Part shown: piece by piece, positions 51,949 to 61,205 of the stretch
Position numbering within the stretch: position 1 is the stretch's first letter
How the letters are laid out: each line of letters begins with the position of its first letter
IMG/VR virus record: IMGVR_UViG_3300005713_000004
Coordinates: 1-64,000 of that record
Source: a virus
Lineage: Duplodnaviria; Caudoviricetes
DNA: 64,000 nt
Strand: one strand, 5' to 3'
Position numbers and translations under genes: made by a program
The notes under the pieces: generated by a model
The model's database searches: none
The model's input: only the letters and a program-made list of their open reading frames with translations
What the model was told of the DNA's origin: nothing

Positions 51949-52635
51949 ATGCCGACCATGCACCCGCACACGAAGTGGCGCGCCATCGCGCGGGACGCCG
52001 GGATCCCTCGCCACCTGTCCGACCCGCCGTCCGACTCCCCGATCGGCCAGTGGCTCGCCGCCCTGTCCCTCTTCATCGGGGCCCCGGACTCGACCCTCGA
52101 CGTCCTCGCCGGGTACATCATCGAGCGCTTCGAGCAGGACCGGCAGGGTCCCCACCCGAAGGGCGTCGGGCAGCGCGAGGACCCCTGCGTCCTGTGCCCG
52201 CATGTGCGGTGGGACCACGGCTCGCACACCGGCTGCTCCCGCTGCGACTGCCGGGGCGGGACCCGGGACCAGCCGTTCGGGCAGATGCAGATCCGGCGGC
52301 CGGAGGCGGCCGACAACCCGGGCGACGCGCTCGTGATGATGCAGCAGATGTACGACCGGCTCGCGCCGCTGCTCGACTTCGTCGGCGGGTCGGTCGATCG
52401 GGACGACCTGCTCGCCGCGCTGGGCGTCGTCGCGCACGGCGGGAGCATGGTGTACCTCGCGAGCGCGCAGGACCGGGAGTCCGGGGATCGCGTGATCCTG
52501 GGCGTGTCCACGACCGGCGAGGGCGCGACCGCGTACATCGGGGCTGCGTGGCTCCGCGACCGGGGAGAGCTGATCAACCCGGAGGTTCTCGCCCTCGAAC
52601 TCGACGACCCCACGGGGAAGGTGGTCAAGCAGTGA
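51949..52635 (+). CDS. hypothetical protein with internal C..C.H...H...C..C.C motif
   Basis: Protein-like sequence in operon. Confidence 0.6.
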   Translation: MPTMHPHTKWRAIARDAGIPRHLSDPPSDSPIGQWLAALSLFIGAPDSTLDVLAGYIIERFEQDRQGPHPKGVGQREDPCVLCPHVRWDHGSHTGCSRCDCRGGTRDQPFGQMQIRRPEAADNPGDALVMMQQMYDRLAPLLDFVGGSVDRDDLLAALGVVAHGGSMVYLASAQDRESGDRVILGVSTTGEGATAYIGAAWLRDRGELINPEVLALELDDPTGKVVKQ

Positions 52636-53000
52636 GGTACGACCAGACGAGCGAGGCTCTCGACGACCTCGACGAGCCGCCGCCGATCGAGCGCCGGGAC
52701 TGGCGCGAGCCGGACCCGGACCGGCTGCGGGAGCTACAGGACAAGCAGCGCCGCACGGTCCGGATGGCCTCGATCGAGGCGGGCGAACTCGCGGACCTGC
52801 TCGCCGGGGCGACCGTCCGCCGGGACCTGCTCGCGCTCCGCCGCCGCGTCGAGGGGTGGGCGATCGACTGGATCGCGAACCACGGCGAGGACCCGGGCCG
52901 GGGCGAGGACGGGGACGCGATCATCATCATGCGCGACATCGTGACCGCGCTGGACGAGCGGCTCTCCGACCGGGGCGCGATCGAGCGGGGGACCCGATGA
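52632..53000 (+). CDS. hypothetical protein
   Basis: Overlapping junctions. Confidence 0.6.
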   Translation: MRYDQTSEALDDLDEPPPIERRDWREPDPDRLRELQDKQRRTVRMASIEAGELADLLAGATVRRDLLALRRRVEGWAIDWIANHGEDPGRGEDGDAIIIMRDIVTALDERLSDRGAIERGTR

Positions 53001-53383
53001 GCGCCGGGCGCTCGTTCGACGAGCAGGTCCGCCAGCAGCGCGACGACCTCCGGGATCGGCTCGCCGCGCTCGACTACGTCGCGGAGCAGAACGCGCAGGC
53101 GGAGAAGGATCCGGGGAACGCGAAGGCCCGCGAGCGCGGCGGGATGGTCCTCGACCCGGTGGACCCGACCCGCGCGATCGTGCCGCTCGTGTGGCTGCGG
53201 ACGCTGCTCGTGTCCGCGCGGATGGGCGGGTACGGGGCGCTCGCGAACGACGCGACCACGGTCGCGCTGGTCGCCGAGTGGAACGCGAACTACGGCGGCA
53301 AGACGGGCGACGAGTTCGAGCCGCTCCACCGGGAACACCCCGAACTCGCCGACGCCCTCCGCGCGTTCATGGGGATTCTGTGA
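52997..53383 (+). CDS. hypothetical protein
   Basis: Overlapping junctions. Confidence 0.6.
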   Translation: MSAGRSFDEQVRQQRDDLRDRLAALDYVAEQNAQAEKDPGNAKARERGGMVLDPVDPTRAIVPLVWLRTLLVSARMGGYGALANDATTVALVAEWNANYGGKTGDEFEPLHREHPELADALRAFMGIL

Positions 53384-53592
53384 CCGGCGGCGAGGTGGAC
53401 GAGGTCACGGCGGGGGAACTCGCGACGCTCACGTTCTGGCCTGCCGCGATGATGTTCTACCTCCTGCCTCCGTCGGCGGGGATGGTTCCGACGATGCTGA
53501 CCGGGGTGGTCATGATGGGCTGCGCGTCGCGGCTCGCTCCGGCTGTGCTCGATCGGATCTTCCGGAAGGCGCCGAGTCTGCCGCCCCGGTGA
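53380..53592 (+). CDS. small membrane protein
   Basis: Hydrophobic core. Confidence 0.55.
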   Translation: MTGGEVDEVTAGELATLTFWPAAMMFYLLPPSAGMVPTMLTGVVMMGCASRLAPAVLDRIFRKAPSLPPR

Positions 53593-53597
53593 ACGAC

Positions 53598-53633
53598 GAA
53601 GCGGCCCCCACCTCGTGAGGTGGGGGCCGCTTC
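53598..53633. terminator. bidirectional hairpin between the early block and the lysis operon
   Basis: Perfect 17-bp inverted repeat. Confidence 0.8.
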
Positions 53634-53700
53634 ACGCGTCGACCGGCTATGCCGCTCAGCGGGTGCCGGGTGGTCGCCCGGCAGACGATCATCCGCTCAG

Positions 53701-54528
53701 CTATGCTACCACACGGTATCCGTGGGTCTCCAACTTCGCCCACGTCGCCGGGCCCACCACGGCGTCCGCGTCCAGCCCGGTCCGCCGCTGGAACTCGCGG
53801 ACCGCCGCAGCGGTCGCCGGACCGAAGTCGCCATCGACGACCAGCCCGCCCGCGTACGACGGGAACACCCGGCGCATGAACGACTGGAGAGCCGACACCG
53901 CCGCGCCGGTCGAGCCCTCCCGCAGCAGCGGGCGCCCGCCCGTCGAGGTCCCCGGCGTGGACACGCCCAGCGCTGCGACCCGGGCCCGGCGCCACCCCAT
54001 GTCGTACCGGGGATCCGACTTCCGACCGGGCGCCCACTCCCGATGCCCGACCACGTTCGCCGACCCCACCCGACACACGTCCAGCACGGCCCGGAACAGC
54101 ACATCGTGCGCCCGGTGAGCCGCGTCCGTGTAGGGCTCCGACACGCCGTCGTTCGCGGCCTCCGCCCCGTAGAGCCACGAGTTCCCGGAGTCCTTCGGGG
54201 CGCCCAGCAGCGGCCCGCCCTTCCCGGCGTGGTTCGCCCGCCCGGCCGCGACGACCGCGACCCGTGGGCGGCCGTCGAGGCAGCGGCCGATCTGGAACTG
54301 CGCGAGCGGTCCCGACACGTCCGGGCGCCCGTCGCGGATGATGCCCAGCGCGCCCCACTCCCCCGACTTCCGGGTGGACGCGTCGTGGTGGTCGACGATC
54401 CCCCGGGGGACCCTCGTCCAGTCCGCGCCGCGCGTCGCCCAGCCGGGGACTTCGAGCACCTCGACCCCACCCGCGCGCAGGCGGGCGATGATGTCGCGCA
54501 TCCGCGCGACGTCCGCGCTACTCGCCAT
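53701..54528 (-). CDS. endolysin: N-acetylmuramoyl-L-alanine amidase plus peptidoglycan-binding domain
   Basis: VDHHDAS, ANHAGKG, YGAEAAN, VGHREWAPGRKSDP; LLREGSTG...LQ...DGDFGPAT..AVREFQ. Confidence 0.93.
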   Translation of the reverse strand: MASSADVARMRDIIARLRAGGVEVLEVPGWATRGADWTRVPRGIVDHHDASTRKSGEWGALGIIRDGRPDVSGPLAQFQIGRCLDGRPRVAVVAAGRANHAGKGGPLLGAPKDSGNSWLYGAEAANDGVSEPYTDAAHRAHDVLFRAVLDVCRVGSANVVGHREWAPGRKSDPRYDMGWRRARVAALGVSTPGTSTGGRPLLREGSTGAAVSALQSFMRRVFPSYAGGLVVDGDFGPATAAAVREFQRRTGLDADAVVGPATWAKLETHGYRVVA

Positions 54529-54775
54529 CGGGGAGGGTCCCGTCCCACTGCCCGGCGAGCGGCGCCACGTCGTGGGCGTCGCCGCCCGTGCGGGCCGGAG
54601 CGCCCGGCGACCAGACGTAGGTCATCTGCCGGGCGATCTCGTCCACCTGCTCCGGGTCGCCGCAGTCCCCGACGAGGTCGAGCGTGAGCCGCTCGTGGGC
54701 GTCGCGCCATTCCTCGTCGGTCACGGTCGCGAGGTCACCCGCGAGGTAGTCGGCTCCGATGGGGGTCGCCATCAC
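54518..54775 (-). CDS. hypothetical protein
   Basis: Between lysis genes. Confidence 0.6.
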   Translation of the reverse strand: MMATPIGADYLAGDLATVTDEEWRDAHERLTLDLVGDCGDPEQVDEIARQMTYVWSPGAPARTGGDAHDVAPLAGQWDGTLPDGE

Positions 54776-55188
54776 GTCTCCTGTTCAAGTCCGGGCGGGG
54801 GCGGCGGGTACGGGATCTCGTGGTCGGCGAGGATCCGCAGCAACTGCCGCGCGTACGACGTGAGTTCCCGGATCCGGGCCCGGTCGCGCTCCCGGCCGTC
54901 TTCGAGTTCGTCCACGCGAGCCCTCAACTCCTGCGCTGTCCGCCGCTGCCTCTCAGCGTCCTCACGCAGGTCTGCCAACTGCTCGCGCAGCGAATCGACG
55001 TGCTCGTCCCACGTCTGCCGCGCGCTCTCGTACGCCTGCGCGTCCACCTTCGTGCGTTCGAGCGCGGCCGTCCGCTCCGCTGCGGCGCGGGTCGCGCGCT
55101 GCGTGAACCGTACCCCCATGAGGGTAAACAGCGCGGCGAGGACAACCCCGCCCGCCGTGATCAGTGCCGTGATGATCGTCGGATCCAC
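54772..55188 (-). CDS. holin-like/lysis membrane protein (1 TM plus coiled coil)
   Basis: N-terminal TM, long coiled coil, position. Confidence 0.65.
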   Translation of the reverse strand: MDPTIITALITAGGVVLAALFTLMGVRFTQRATRAAAERTAALERTKVDAQAYESARQTWDEHVDSLREQLADLREDAERQRRTAQELRARVDELEDGRERDRARIRELTSYARQLLRILADHEIPYPPPPPGLEQET

Positions 55189-55194
55189 GGGGCC

Positions 55195-55647
55195 TCACTT
55201 CCTCGTGGCGACGTCCGGGTCTGCGTCCGGCCATCCACTGATCAGGGTGACGACGAGCCACACGAGCGCCCACACGGCCGCGCCGGAGATCGAGTTGATC
55301 CGGCCCGTGTCCCCGGCCGTCGCGACGTAGGACACCACGGACGTAGCGTAGAAGATCGACCACACCCCGGGGGGGATGAGCAGGGCCACGAACCCCGGTG
55401 CATCGGCACGGGACCGGATCCGAAGCGCGCCGTTCACCGTGGCGACCAGCCCACCCACGATCCACATCAGCCCCCACGCCGGATCGTCGAGGATCGGGCC
55501 GATGACCGGGATCGCCGTGAACCGCTGCGAGCGCAGCGACAGGTACGAGACCCCGATGGCCACGTACACCAGCCCGAACATCATCAGGAACACGCCCCGG
55601 CGCCCGAACATCCGGATAAGCGGGCCCGGTGTCCCGTCGAGGCGCAT
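55195..55647 (-). CDS. four-TM membrane protein, putative holin
   Basis: Hydrophobic; position upstream of the endolysin. Confidence 0.7.
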   Translation of the reverse strand: MRLDGTPGPLIRMFGRRGVFLMMFGLVYVAIGVSYLSLRSQRFTAIPVIGPILDDPAWGLMWIVGGLVATVNGALRIRSRADAPGFVALLIPPGVWSIFYATSVVSYVATAGDTGRINSISGAAVWALVWLVVTLISGWPDADPDVATRK

Positions 55648-55817
55648 CACGCCACCGGCGGCGGAGCGAAGCGGACGCCCAGCGTCTCCAGTTCCGCGTC
55701 TACCTCCGCGAGCCGCTCGACCTCGTCGGGCATGACCCCGCCGTCGCTGTCGATGATCCGGGTCCGCTCGTGGGTGAGCGCGCGGATCCGTGCTCGGACC
55801 TCGCCCTCGTCGTCCAT
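55647..55817 (-). CDS. small hypothetical protein (56 aa)
   Basis: MDDEGEVRARIRAL...; stop overlaps next ATG. Confidence 0.55.
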   Translation of the reverse strand: MDDEGEVRARIRALTHERTRIIDSDGGVMPDEVERLAEVDAELETLGVRFAPPPVA

Positions 55818-55874
55818 GCGCCCTGCCCTTCGTAGTGGTCCGCCGTGGACACGATGTCACCTCCGGCGGAGGTT

Positions 55875-57056
55875 TCAGGCGGGTACGCCTGCGCGCCACC
55901 CCGGAGACGTGGACACGTCCCCGGCGGACCAGCCTGCCGACACGACCGGGGTACCCGCCCGCAGCGGGCGCACGAACTCCGGCGGCGGCGGCTCCGACTG
56001 CGTCGCCACGAGCGTGCCCACTGCGGACGGCGCTGTCCCGGACAGCGCGCCGGGGAACCCCGCCGTTGCGACGAGCGTCCCGACCGCCCGGGGCGCGGAC
56101 CCGGCGAACTCCGCGAGGTTGTCGTCCGTCTCCTCGACGTCGCCCGTGAGCGCGCCGACCGCGCGGGGCGCCGACCCGGCGAGAGCGGCCGGGGTCGTCT
56201 GCGTCGCGGCGAGCGAGCCGGTCGCGCGAGGGCTCGAACCGGCGAGCGCGCCCGGGTCGGTCTGCGTCGCCGCGAGCGAGCCGGTCGCGCGGGGCGCCGC
56301 TCCGGCGACCGCGCCGGTCGTGGTCTGCGTGGCCGCGAGCGCGCCCGTCGCCCGGGGCGCCTGCCCAGCCACGACCCCATCGTTCGACGGGATCGTCCGC
56401 GCGAACACCGTCATGACGCCGGTGTGCTGGTCCGCCGTGCCGCCCGCCCGGTCGAACGTCACGGACACCGTGTCGCCCTTCGTGACCGGCGCCGTCGCGA
56501 TCCACAGACCCGCCTGTCCACCGCCGGATGCGGTGGCCCGGCGGGCGGTGAACGTGTGCCCGGTCGACGAGGTCCACGACACGGTTCCCTGCGTGTTCAC
56601 GGAGTCCGCCGCGACGGCCGCGATCGCGAGCCCGGTCTCCGTGGCGACCAGCCCGGTGAGCGCCACGGAGGTCACGTCGGAGCCGGTGGTCTCGTTCGTG
56701 ACGGAGCCCCACCGGGCCCACGCCCCGGTCCCGACGTCGTCGGTGAGTTCGGCGACCCAGACCTGACACCCGGCGGTGTTCGAGGTGATCGACCCGGAGA
56801 TCACGGTCTCCCCGCCGTCCGCTGTCCCGTAGGCGAGCGCGAACGTGACTTGATCGGCGGGGGAGCCGGTGCCCTTGAGCAGGTAGGGGAGGTTCGGGGT
56901 GTCGGTGGGCTGCGTGACCGTCCCGGAGTTCTTGTCGCCGCCCAGGATCCACAGCAGCGCGTTCGGGGACGTCGCCCCGGCCGACAGCGTCGCGGCCATG
57001 GTGAGGTTCGCCGCCCCCGGCGAAGCGGTCGCCGTCTGGACGATCGACACGGTCAC
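55875..57056 (-). CDS. minor tail protein
   Basis: Thr/Gly/Ala-rich beta sequence with internal GAAPRATG repeats; tail operon. Confidence 0.75.
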   Translation of the reverse strand: MTVSIVQTATASPGAANLTMAATLSAGATSPNALLWILGGDKNSGTVTQPTDTPNLPYLLKGTGSPADQVTFALAYGTADGGETVISGSITSNTAGCQVWVAELTDDVGTGAWARWGSVTNETTGSDVTSVALTGLVATETGLAIAAVAADSVNTQGTVSWTSSTGHTFTARRATASGGGQAGLWIATAPVTKGDTVSVTFDRAGGTADQHTGVMTVFARTIPSNDGVVAGQAPRATGALAATQTTTGAVAGAAPRATGSLAATQTDPGALAGSSPRATGSLAATQTTPAALAGSAPRAVGALTGDVEETDDNLAEFAGSAPRAVGTLVATAGFPGALSGTAPSAVGTLVATQSEPPPPEFVRPLRAGTPVVSAGWSAGDVSTSPGWRAGVPA

Positions 57057-57112
57057 GTTAAATCACCTCCCCCGATGTAAAGCCCTGCCCGGTCAGACGT
57101 TAAAAGCCCAGG

Positions 57113-57526
57113 TCAGGGGGTGCCCTGCGGGACGGTGATCGTGCCGCCGGTGATGTCGACCGTGGTCCCCGACACGACGGACGTCGAGGCGAGGGTGAGG
57201 TCCCCACCGCCGCCGGTCGCGGTGACGCTCCCGTCGAAGCACGCGGCGCCGTTCGAGTCGAGCGCCCGGAACCACGACGCGGTCCCGGTCGCAGCAGCGG
57301 TCACCCCGGCCGGGTCGGAGATCGTCGCGGCCCCGGACGACGCGGCCCCGAACGCCGGGTCGGCGCACGTGACCGTGGCGAGCAGGGTCCCGGTCGCGGT
57401 GGTCGCCGGGTCGGCGGGCCGCGTGCCGCTGCGGATCTGGATCGTCCCGGCGCCGGACCCGGCGTCGAGGCTGTCGACGATGATGTCCGTCATCGCGTTG
57501 CGGATGGCGGTCGTGAGCGTGAGCAT
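57113..57526 (-). CDS. minor virion protein
   Basis: I.IRSGTRPA.P....GTLLAT...A..AS.F R..D pattern. Confidence 0.75.
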   Translation of the reverse strand: MLTLTTAIRNAMTDIIVDSLDAGSGAGTIQIRSGTRPADPATTATGTLLATVTCADPAFGAASSGAATISDPAGVTAAATGTASWFRALDSNGAACFDGSVTATGGGGDLTLASTSVVSGTTVDITGGTITVPQGTP

Positions 57527-57539
57527 GTCCGGTCTCCTC

Positions 57540-57950
57540 CTACCTCGTGACCTCGTGAATGAGGGTGATCGTCCCCGGCCGGGTGATCTGGTGGGGCTCG
57601 CCGGTCGTGTCCACGACCTCGACGTCCCACCAGACCACGCCCTCCCCGAACGAGCCGGGCCAGGTGACCCGCCAGTCGGAGGTCTCCGCGCTGGTCGCCC
57701 AGATCCGGAGCGCCCCGGTCGCGCCGCCTTCGAGCGCAGCGTTTGGGGGGTCCGCCTCCGTGTCGAAGACGAACAGGATGTCCGGGGAGTCCACCGACGG
57801 CCGGACGTGGACACGCCCACGGAGCAGGTCGTCCACGTCCACCGCCGCCCCGGTCCCGTCGAGGATCGGGACCGTGACCTCGAACGGCTGCCCCGCCAGG
57901 TGGGTGATGTTCCACCGGTCGGGGACGGATCCGATCTCGCGGGTCGCCAT
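57540..57950 (-). CDS. minor tail/baseplate-associated protein
   Basis: Tail-operon position; beta-rich. Confidence 0.65.
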   Translation of the reverse strand: MATREIGSVPDRWNITHLAGQPFEVTVPILDGTGAAVDVDDLLRGRVHVRPSVDSPDILFVFDTEADPPNAALEGGATGALRIWATSAETSDWRVTWPGSFGEGVVWWDVEVVDTTGEPHQITRPGTITLIHEVTR

Positions 57951-57953
57951 CGC

Positions 57954-58649
57954 TCACCCCACCATGAACAGGTCGAGGTTCGCCCACTCGCCGGAGTTCG
58001 GCTCCACGACCCGCTGTCCGCCGGTGCCGTTGAAGATGAACACCGCGAGCGTCGTGTTCGCCGGGAGGTAGCGGGTCCGGTTCGGCTGCAACGTCCGGGG
58101 CAGCCCCTCGCGCCTGCCGCCGTCGACCGCCACGACCGTCTCGAAGTTCGTCCCCCCGGCGAGGTCCGCCCGGATCGAGCAGGACACCTCGCCGCCGGTC
58201 GAGGTCGAGGCGATCCGGCACGACGAGCCGCACGCCCAGATCCCGCCCGCGAGCAACTGGAACTTGTGGCCTGCGCCCTGCGTGCTGCGGGTGATCAGGT
58301 CCCCGTCGTCACCGTCGGGCAGGGACAGGATGGTTCCCGGCCCGCTGGTCGTGTTTGGGATGTTCTGCGCGGACGACTGCTCGAAGTGGGCGCCGCCCGA
58401 CGTCCCCCCGCCGCCTCCGCCGAAGGGCTGCCAGACGGAGCCGTTCCAGTAGTACGGGGCGTCGAGGTCGGAGTCATAGATCAGGAAGCCTTCGGGCACG
58501 CCGACGGGGCGCCCGGCGGTCGGGTAGGACTTGAGCCGCGACAGCAGCGCGTCGACCGCCTCCGCGAGATCCTTCACGGCGTCGGGGCCGTCCGGCTGGT
58601 CGTCGAGTCCGGGGTAGGGCAGCGAATGCCGCGTGGTGAGGCCCGCCAT
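57954..58649 (-). CDS. minor tail (fibre-like) protein
   Basis: LPYP...QPDG...LAEAVD; GFLIYDSD....YWNGSVW. Confidence 0.75.
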   Translation of the reverse strand: MAGLTTRHSLPYPGLDDQPDGPDAVKDLAEAVDALLSRLKSYPTAGRPVGVPEGFLIYDSDLDAPYYWNGSVWQPFGGGGGGTSGGAHFEQSSAQNIPNTTSGPGTILSLPDGDDGDLITRSTQGAGHKFQLLAGGIWACGSSCRIASTSTGGEVSCSIRADLAGGTNFETVVAVDGGRREGLPRTLQPNRTRYLPANTTLAVFIFNGTGGQRVVEPNSGEWANLDLFMVG

Positions 58650-59026
58650 CACGAAGCCAACGGGTAGCGGATGATGTACGCCCCGGCCGGGAGTTCCCAG
58701 TCGTCGCCGGAGATGACCGGGCTCGCGGTGATGAGCCCGGAGATCCGGAACGTCCCGCCGCTCGACAGCGTCCAGAACGATGCGTGGGTGTAGTCCTCGG
58801 ACCCGGCGACACCGGGCCACGAGAGGTCGTTCGTGTGGGTCATCTCGACCGCGACCCCGACGAGGGCCGGGGTGTCCCACGTGACGGACTTCCGGTCCGT
58901 CTCGGCCGCGATGTTCGCGGTTCCGTTGGGGCCGGGTGCCCCGATGTGCAGTTGCATGTAGAGCGCGCGGGTCGCGAGGTCTTCGAGCAGGTCGATGGCC
59001 TCCGCCTGCGACAGTCCTTCCGCCAT
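58649..59026 (-). CDS. minor tail protein
   Basis: YMQLHIGAPG.NGTAN motif. Confidence 0.7.
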   Translation of the reverse strand: MAEGLSQAEAIDLLEDLATRALYMQLHIGAPGPNGTANIAAETDRKSVTWDTPALVGVAVEMTHTNDLSWPGVAGSEDYTHASFWTLSSGGTFRISGLITASPVISGDDWELPAGAYIIRYPLAS

Positions 59027-59043
59027 GCGGTCCCCCTCCCTTC

Positions 59044-59322
59044 CTATCCGGGCTTCGTGATGCGTCCGAGGATGATCGGAGCGCCGGGTGTGATCAAGAG
59101 CAGGACGCGGCCGACCGCGAGCGCGGCGGGGTCGCCGACGAACGCGAGGTTCACGAACTCCTGCGTCCCGGAGAACAGGACGCGGTTCGCGCCGGTGAGC
59201 GGGTCCCACTCGGACATGTAGCCGGGCATGATCTGCTGCTCCCCGCCGCCCGGCTGTCCGGCGAGGTACTGGCCCAGTCGCTGCCCCATCAGGCGTTCGG
59301 CTTCGTGTAGACGCGAACCCAC
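59044..59322 (-). CDS. minor tail protein
   Basis: OB-like beta pattern ending ILGRI. Confidence 0.65.
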   Translation of the reverse strand: MGSRLHEAERLMGQRLGQYLAGQPGGGEQQIMPGYMSEWDPLTGANRVLFSGTQEFVNLAFVGDPAALAVGRVLLLITPGAPIILGRITKPG

Positions 59323-61205
59323 GCCATGTCGAACTTGCAGCGGCGCGGCTTCCCGCCGAAGTGGTCGAGTTGGAACGTGAGGTGCATCGACCCGGGGGCC
59401 TCCGCGACCCGGCCGCGTCCGTCGTAAACCAACTTCCCGTCACACCACGTCTTGAGCGTGCGAGCCTTCGGGTTCCACTCGCACGCCATGTTGAACCACT
59501 TCGTGATATCCACAGGGAACGTGTAGTGATCCTGTCGATATGGCGTGTGGTTCGGGAGGTGCATAAAGCCACCACCCTTGTTGTCACCCTCGTCGCACTC
59601 CAGGAAATCGTATTCCGCGCCTTCGGGCCACTCGTCGGAGTCGGGCCACAGGATGAGCACGGGGTGATAGTTGTCCGTCCGACCAGGGGATTCACCGTCG
59701 CGGTACACCCGGACCCGGCACTCTACACGGTAGCCGTAGGACTTGTACCGGAACGCGGCGCCGCCGGACTGGTTGTTATTGTCCCCCGTGATCGTGAGCA
59801 TTCCATCGTGCTGCGAGAACGCAGCCGGACGCCGCGTCCCGTTCCCGGAGTGACCCGGACCGTTATAGAGACCCCACTTCGAGGTGTCGATCGTGTTGCC
59901 CACGAACTCGTCGGAGGCGGACAACTTCGTCCCCCACCCGTTGAGAATCGCCGCTTGGATCCCGTCCTCCGCCGCGCCGCCGCCCGTCCCCGGACCAGGG
60001 CCCGGATCGGGGTCCGGGCCGGGGCCCGGCTCCGGCTCCGGCTGCGGGTCCGTGGTGATGTCGTCGACCGGGTTCAACGTCCGCGTCTTGAGCGCGAGTT
60101 CCCCGCCGCCGACGAGCGGGACCGCCACCTCGTCGAGGACCCACGTCCCGAACCCGTTCGAGGTCGGGGCGCTCACCACGTCCAGCGGCTGCAACGCCGG
60201 GTTCGGCACGACCCACAACCCGGTCTCCTCCGGGAGCCCGGTCGAGCGCGCGAGGATCGTCTCCGCCGCCGCGTCCGCCTGTTCGCTCGTCTCCAGCAGC
60301 GGCGAGGCGTAGTAGCGGACCCGGGGCCCGATCGGGCCGTTCCATCGCAGCGGCGAGGACGGGGCTTCGTTGTACGCCAGCCGGTAGCCCGTCTGGAACG
60401 CCGGGTCTGACCCGGTCGCCCGCACGATGTTGTAGACGCCCTTCCGGCTGACCTTCCGGGAGCGGCGGACCAGCGTCCCCGTCTTCCCGGCCCGGAGCGC
60501 GTAGACCGCCGGGGCGTCGAGCGGCGGGTCCCTGCGCACGACCGCGAGTTCCCCGGTCGGCAGGAACCGCAGTTGCGCGCCCTGCGCGTCGACCAACTTC
60601 GCGAGGAAGTCGTACGCGGACCCGTCGACCACCTGCTGTCCGCCGACGAGCGTGGTGTCCGGGTTGTACCCGGCGTTCGTCCAGATGATCGGGACCTGCG
60701 GGCCGCCCTGCGCCGCGTACATCCCGTACGTGCCGGAGCCCGTGGACACGCCGTTGACGAGAGCGTTCACCACCGTGCGATGGCTGGTCCCGTCCGGGAT
60801 CTGCCACGGGTAGACGACCCTCGTGTCCACGAGCCGGAGCGTCCGGTCGTCGGAGGTGATCGTGATCGGGCCGTACGGGGCGTCCGGCTGCTCCGGCTCG
60901 TCGATGGGGAAGTAACCCAGCGGGACGAGTTCGGTCCGGCCGTCCCCGAAGGCAACGCCCCGGGCGGCGAAGAACTCGTACCCGTAGGGCTGGACCTCGT
61001 CCCACCAGTCCCCGGGGATCGATGCGCTGAGCTGCGCCTTGACGTCCGCCGTCCCGTAGAGGGTCACGGCCGACCCTTCGAGCATCGGGACCTCGTCGCC
61101 CTCCGGGTTGGGCCCGAACTGGACGGACTTGCACAGGACCAGCCGGGCCACCGCCCGGTGGCTTCCGGTCACGACGTCGAGGAACTCGTCCGACACGTCC
61201 CACAT
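59289..61205 (-). CDS. tail hub/Tal-like protein with C-terminal GH16-like glycoside hydrolase domain
   Basis: DUF5047-like N-terminus; (EP)n/(GP)n linker; DEF.G..IDTSKW, E.RV, LILWP....P...EYDFLE. Confidence 0.8.
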   Translation of the reverse strand: MWDVSDEFLDVVTGSHRAVARLVLCKSVQFGPNPEGDEVPMLEGSAVTLYGTADVKAQLSASIPGDWWDEVQPYGYEFFAARGVAFGDGRTELVPLGYFPIDEPEQPDAPYGPITITSDDRTLRLVDTRVVYPWQIPDGTSHRTVVNALVNGVSTGSGTYGMYAAQGGPQVPIIWTNAGYNPDTTLVGGQQVVDGSAYDFLAKLVDAQGAQLRFLPTGELAVVRRDPPLDAPAVYALRAGKTGTLVRRSRKVSRKGVYNIVRATGSDPAFQTGYRLAYNEAPSSPLRWNGPIGPRVRYYASPLLETSEQADAAAETILARSTGLPEETGLWVVPNPALQPLDVVSAPTSNGFGTWVLDEVAVPLVGGGELALKTRTLNPVDDITTDPQPEPEPGPGPDPDPGPGPGTGGGAAEDGIQAAILNGWGTKLSASDEFVGNTIDTSKWGLYNGPGHSGNGTRRPAAFSQHDGMLTITGDNNNQSGGAAFRYKSYGYRVECRVRVYRDGESPGRTDNYHPVLILWPDSDEWPEGAEYDFLECDEGDNKGGGFMHLPNHTPYRQDHYTFPVDITKWFNMACEWNPKARTLKTWCDGKLVYDGRGRVAEAPGSMHLTFQLDHFGGKPRRCKFDMAWVRVYTKPNA

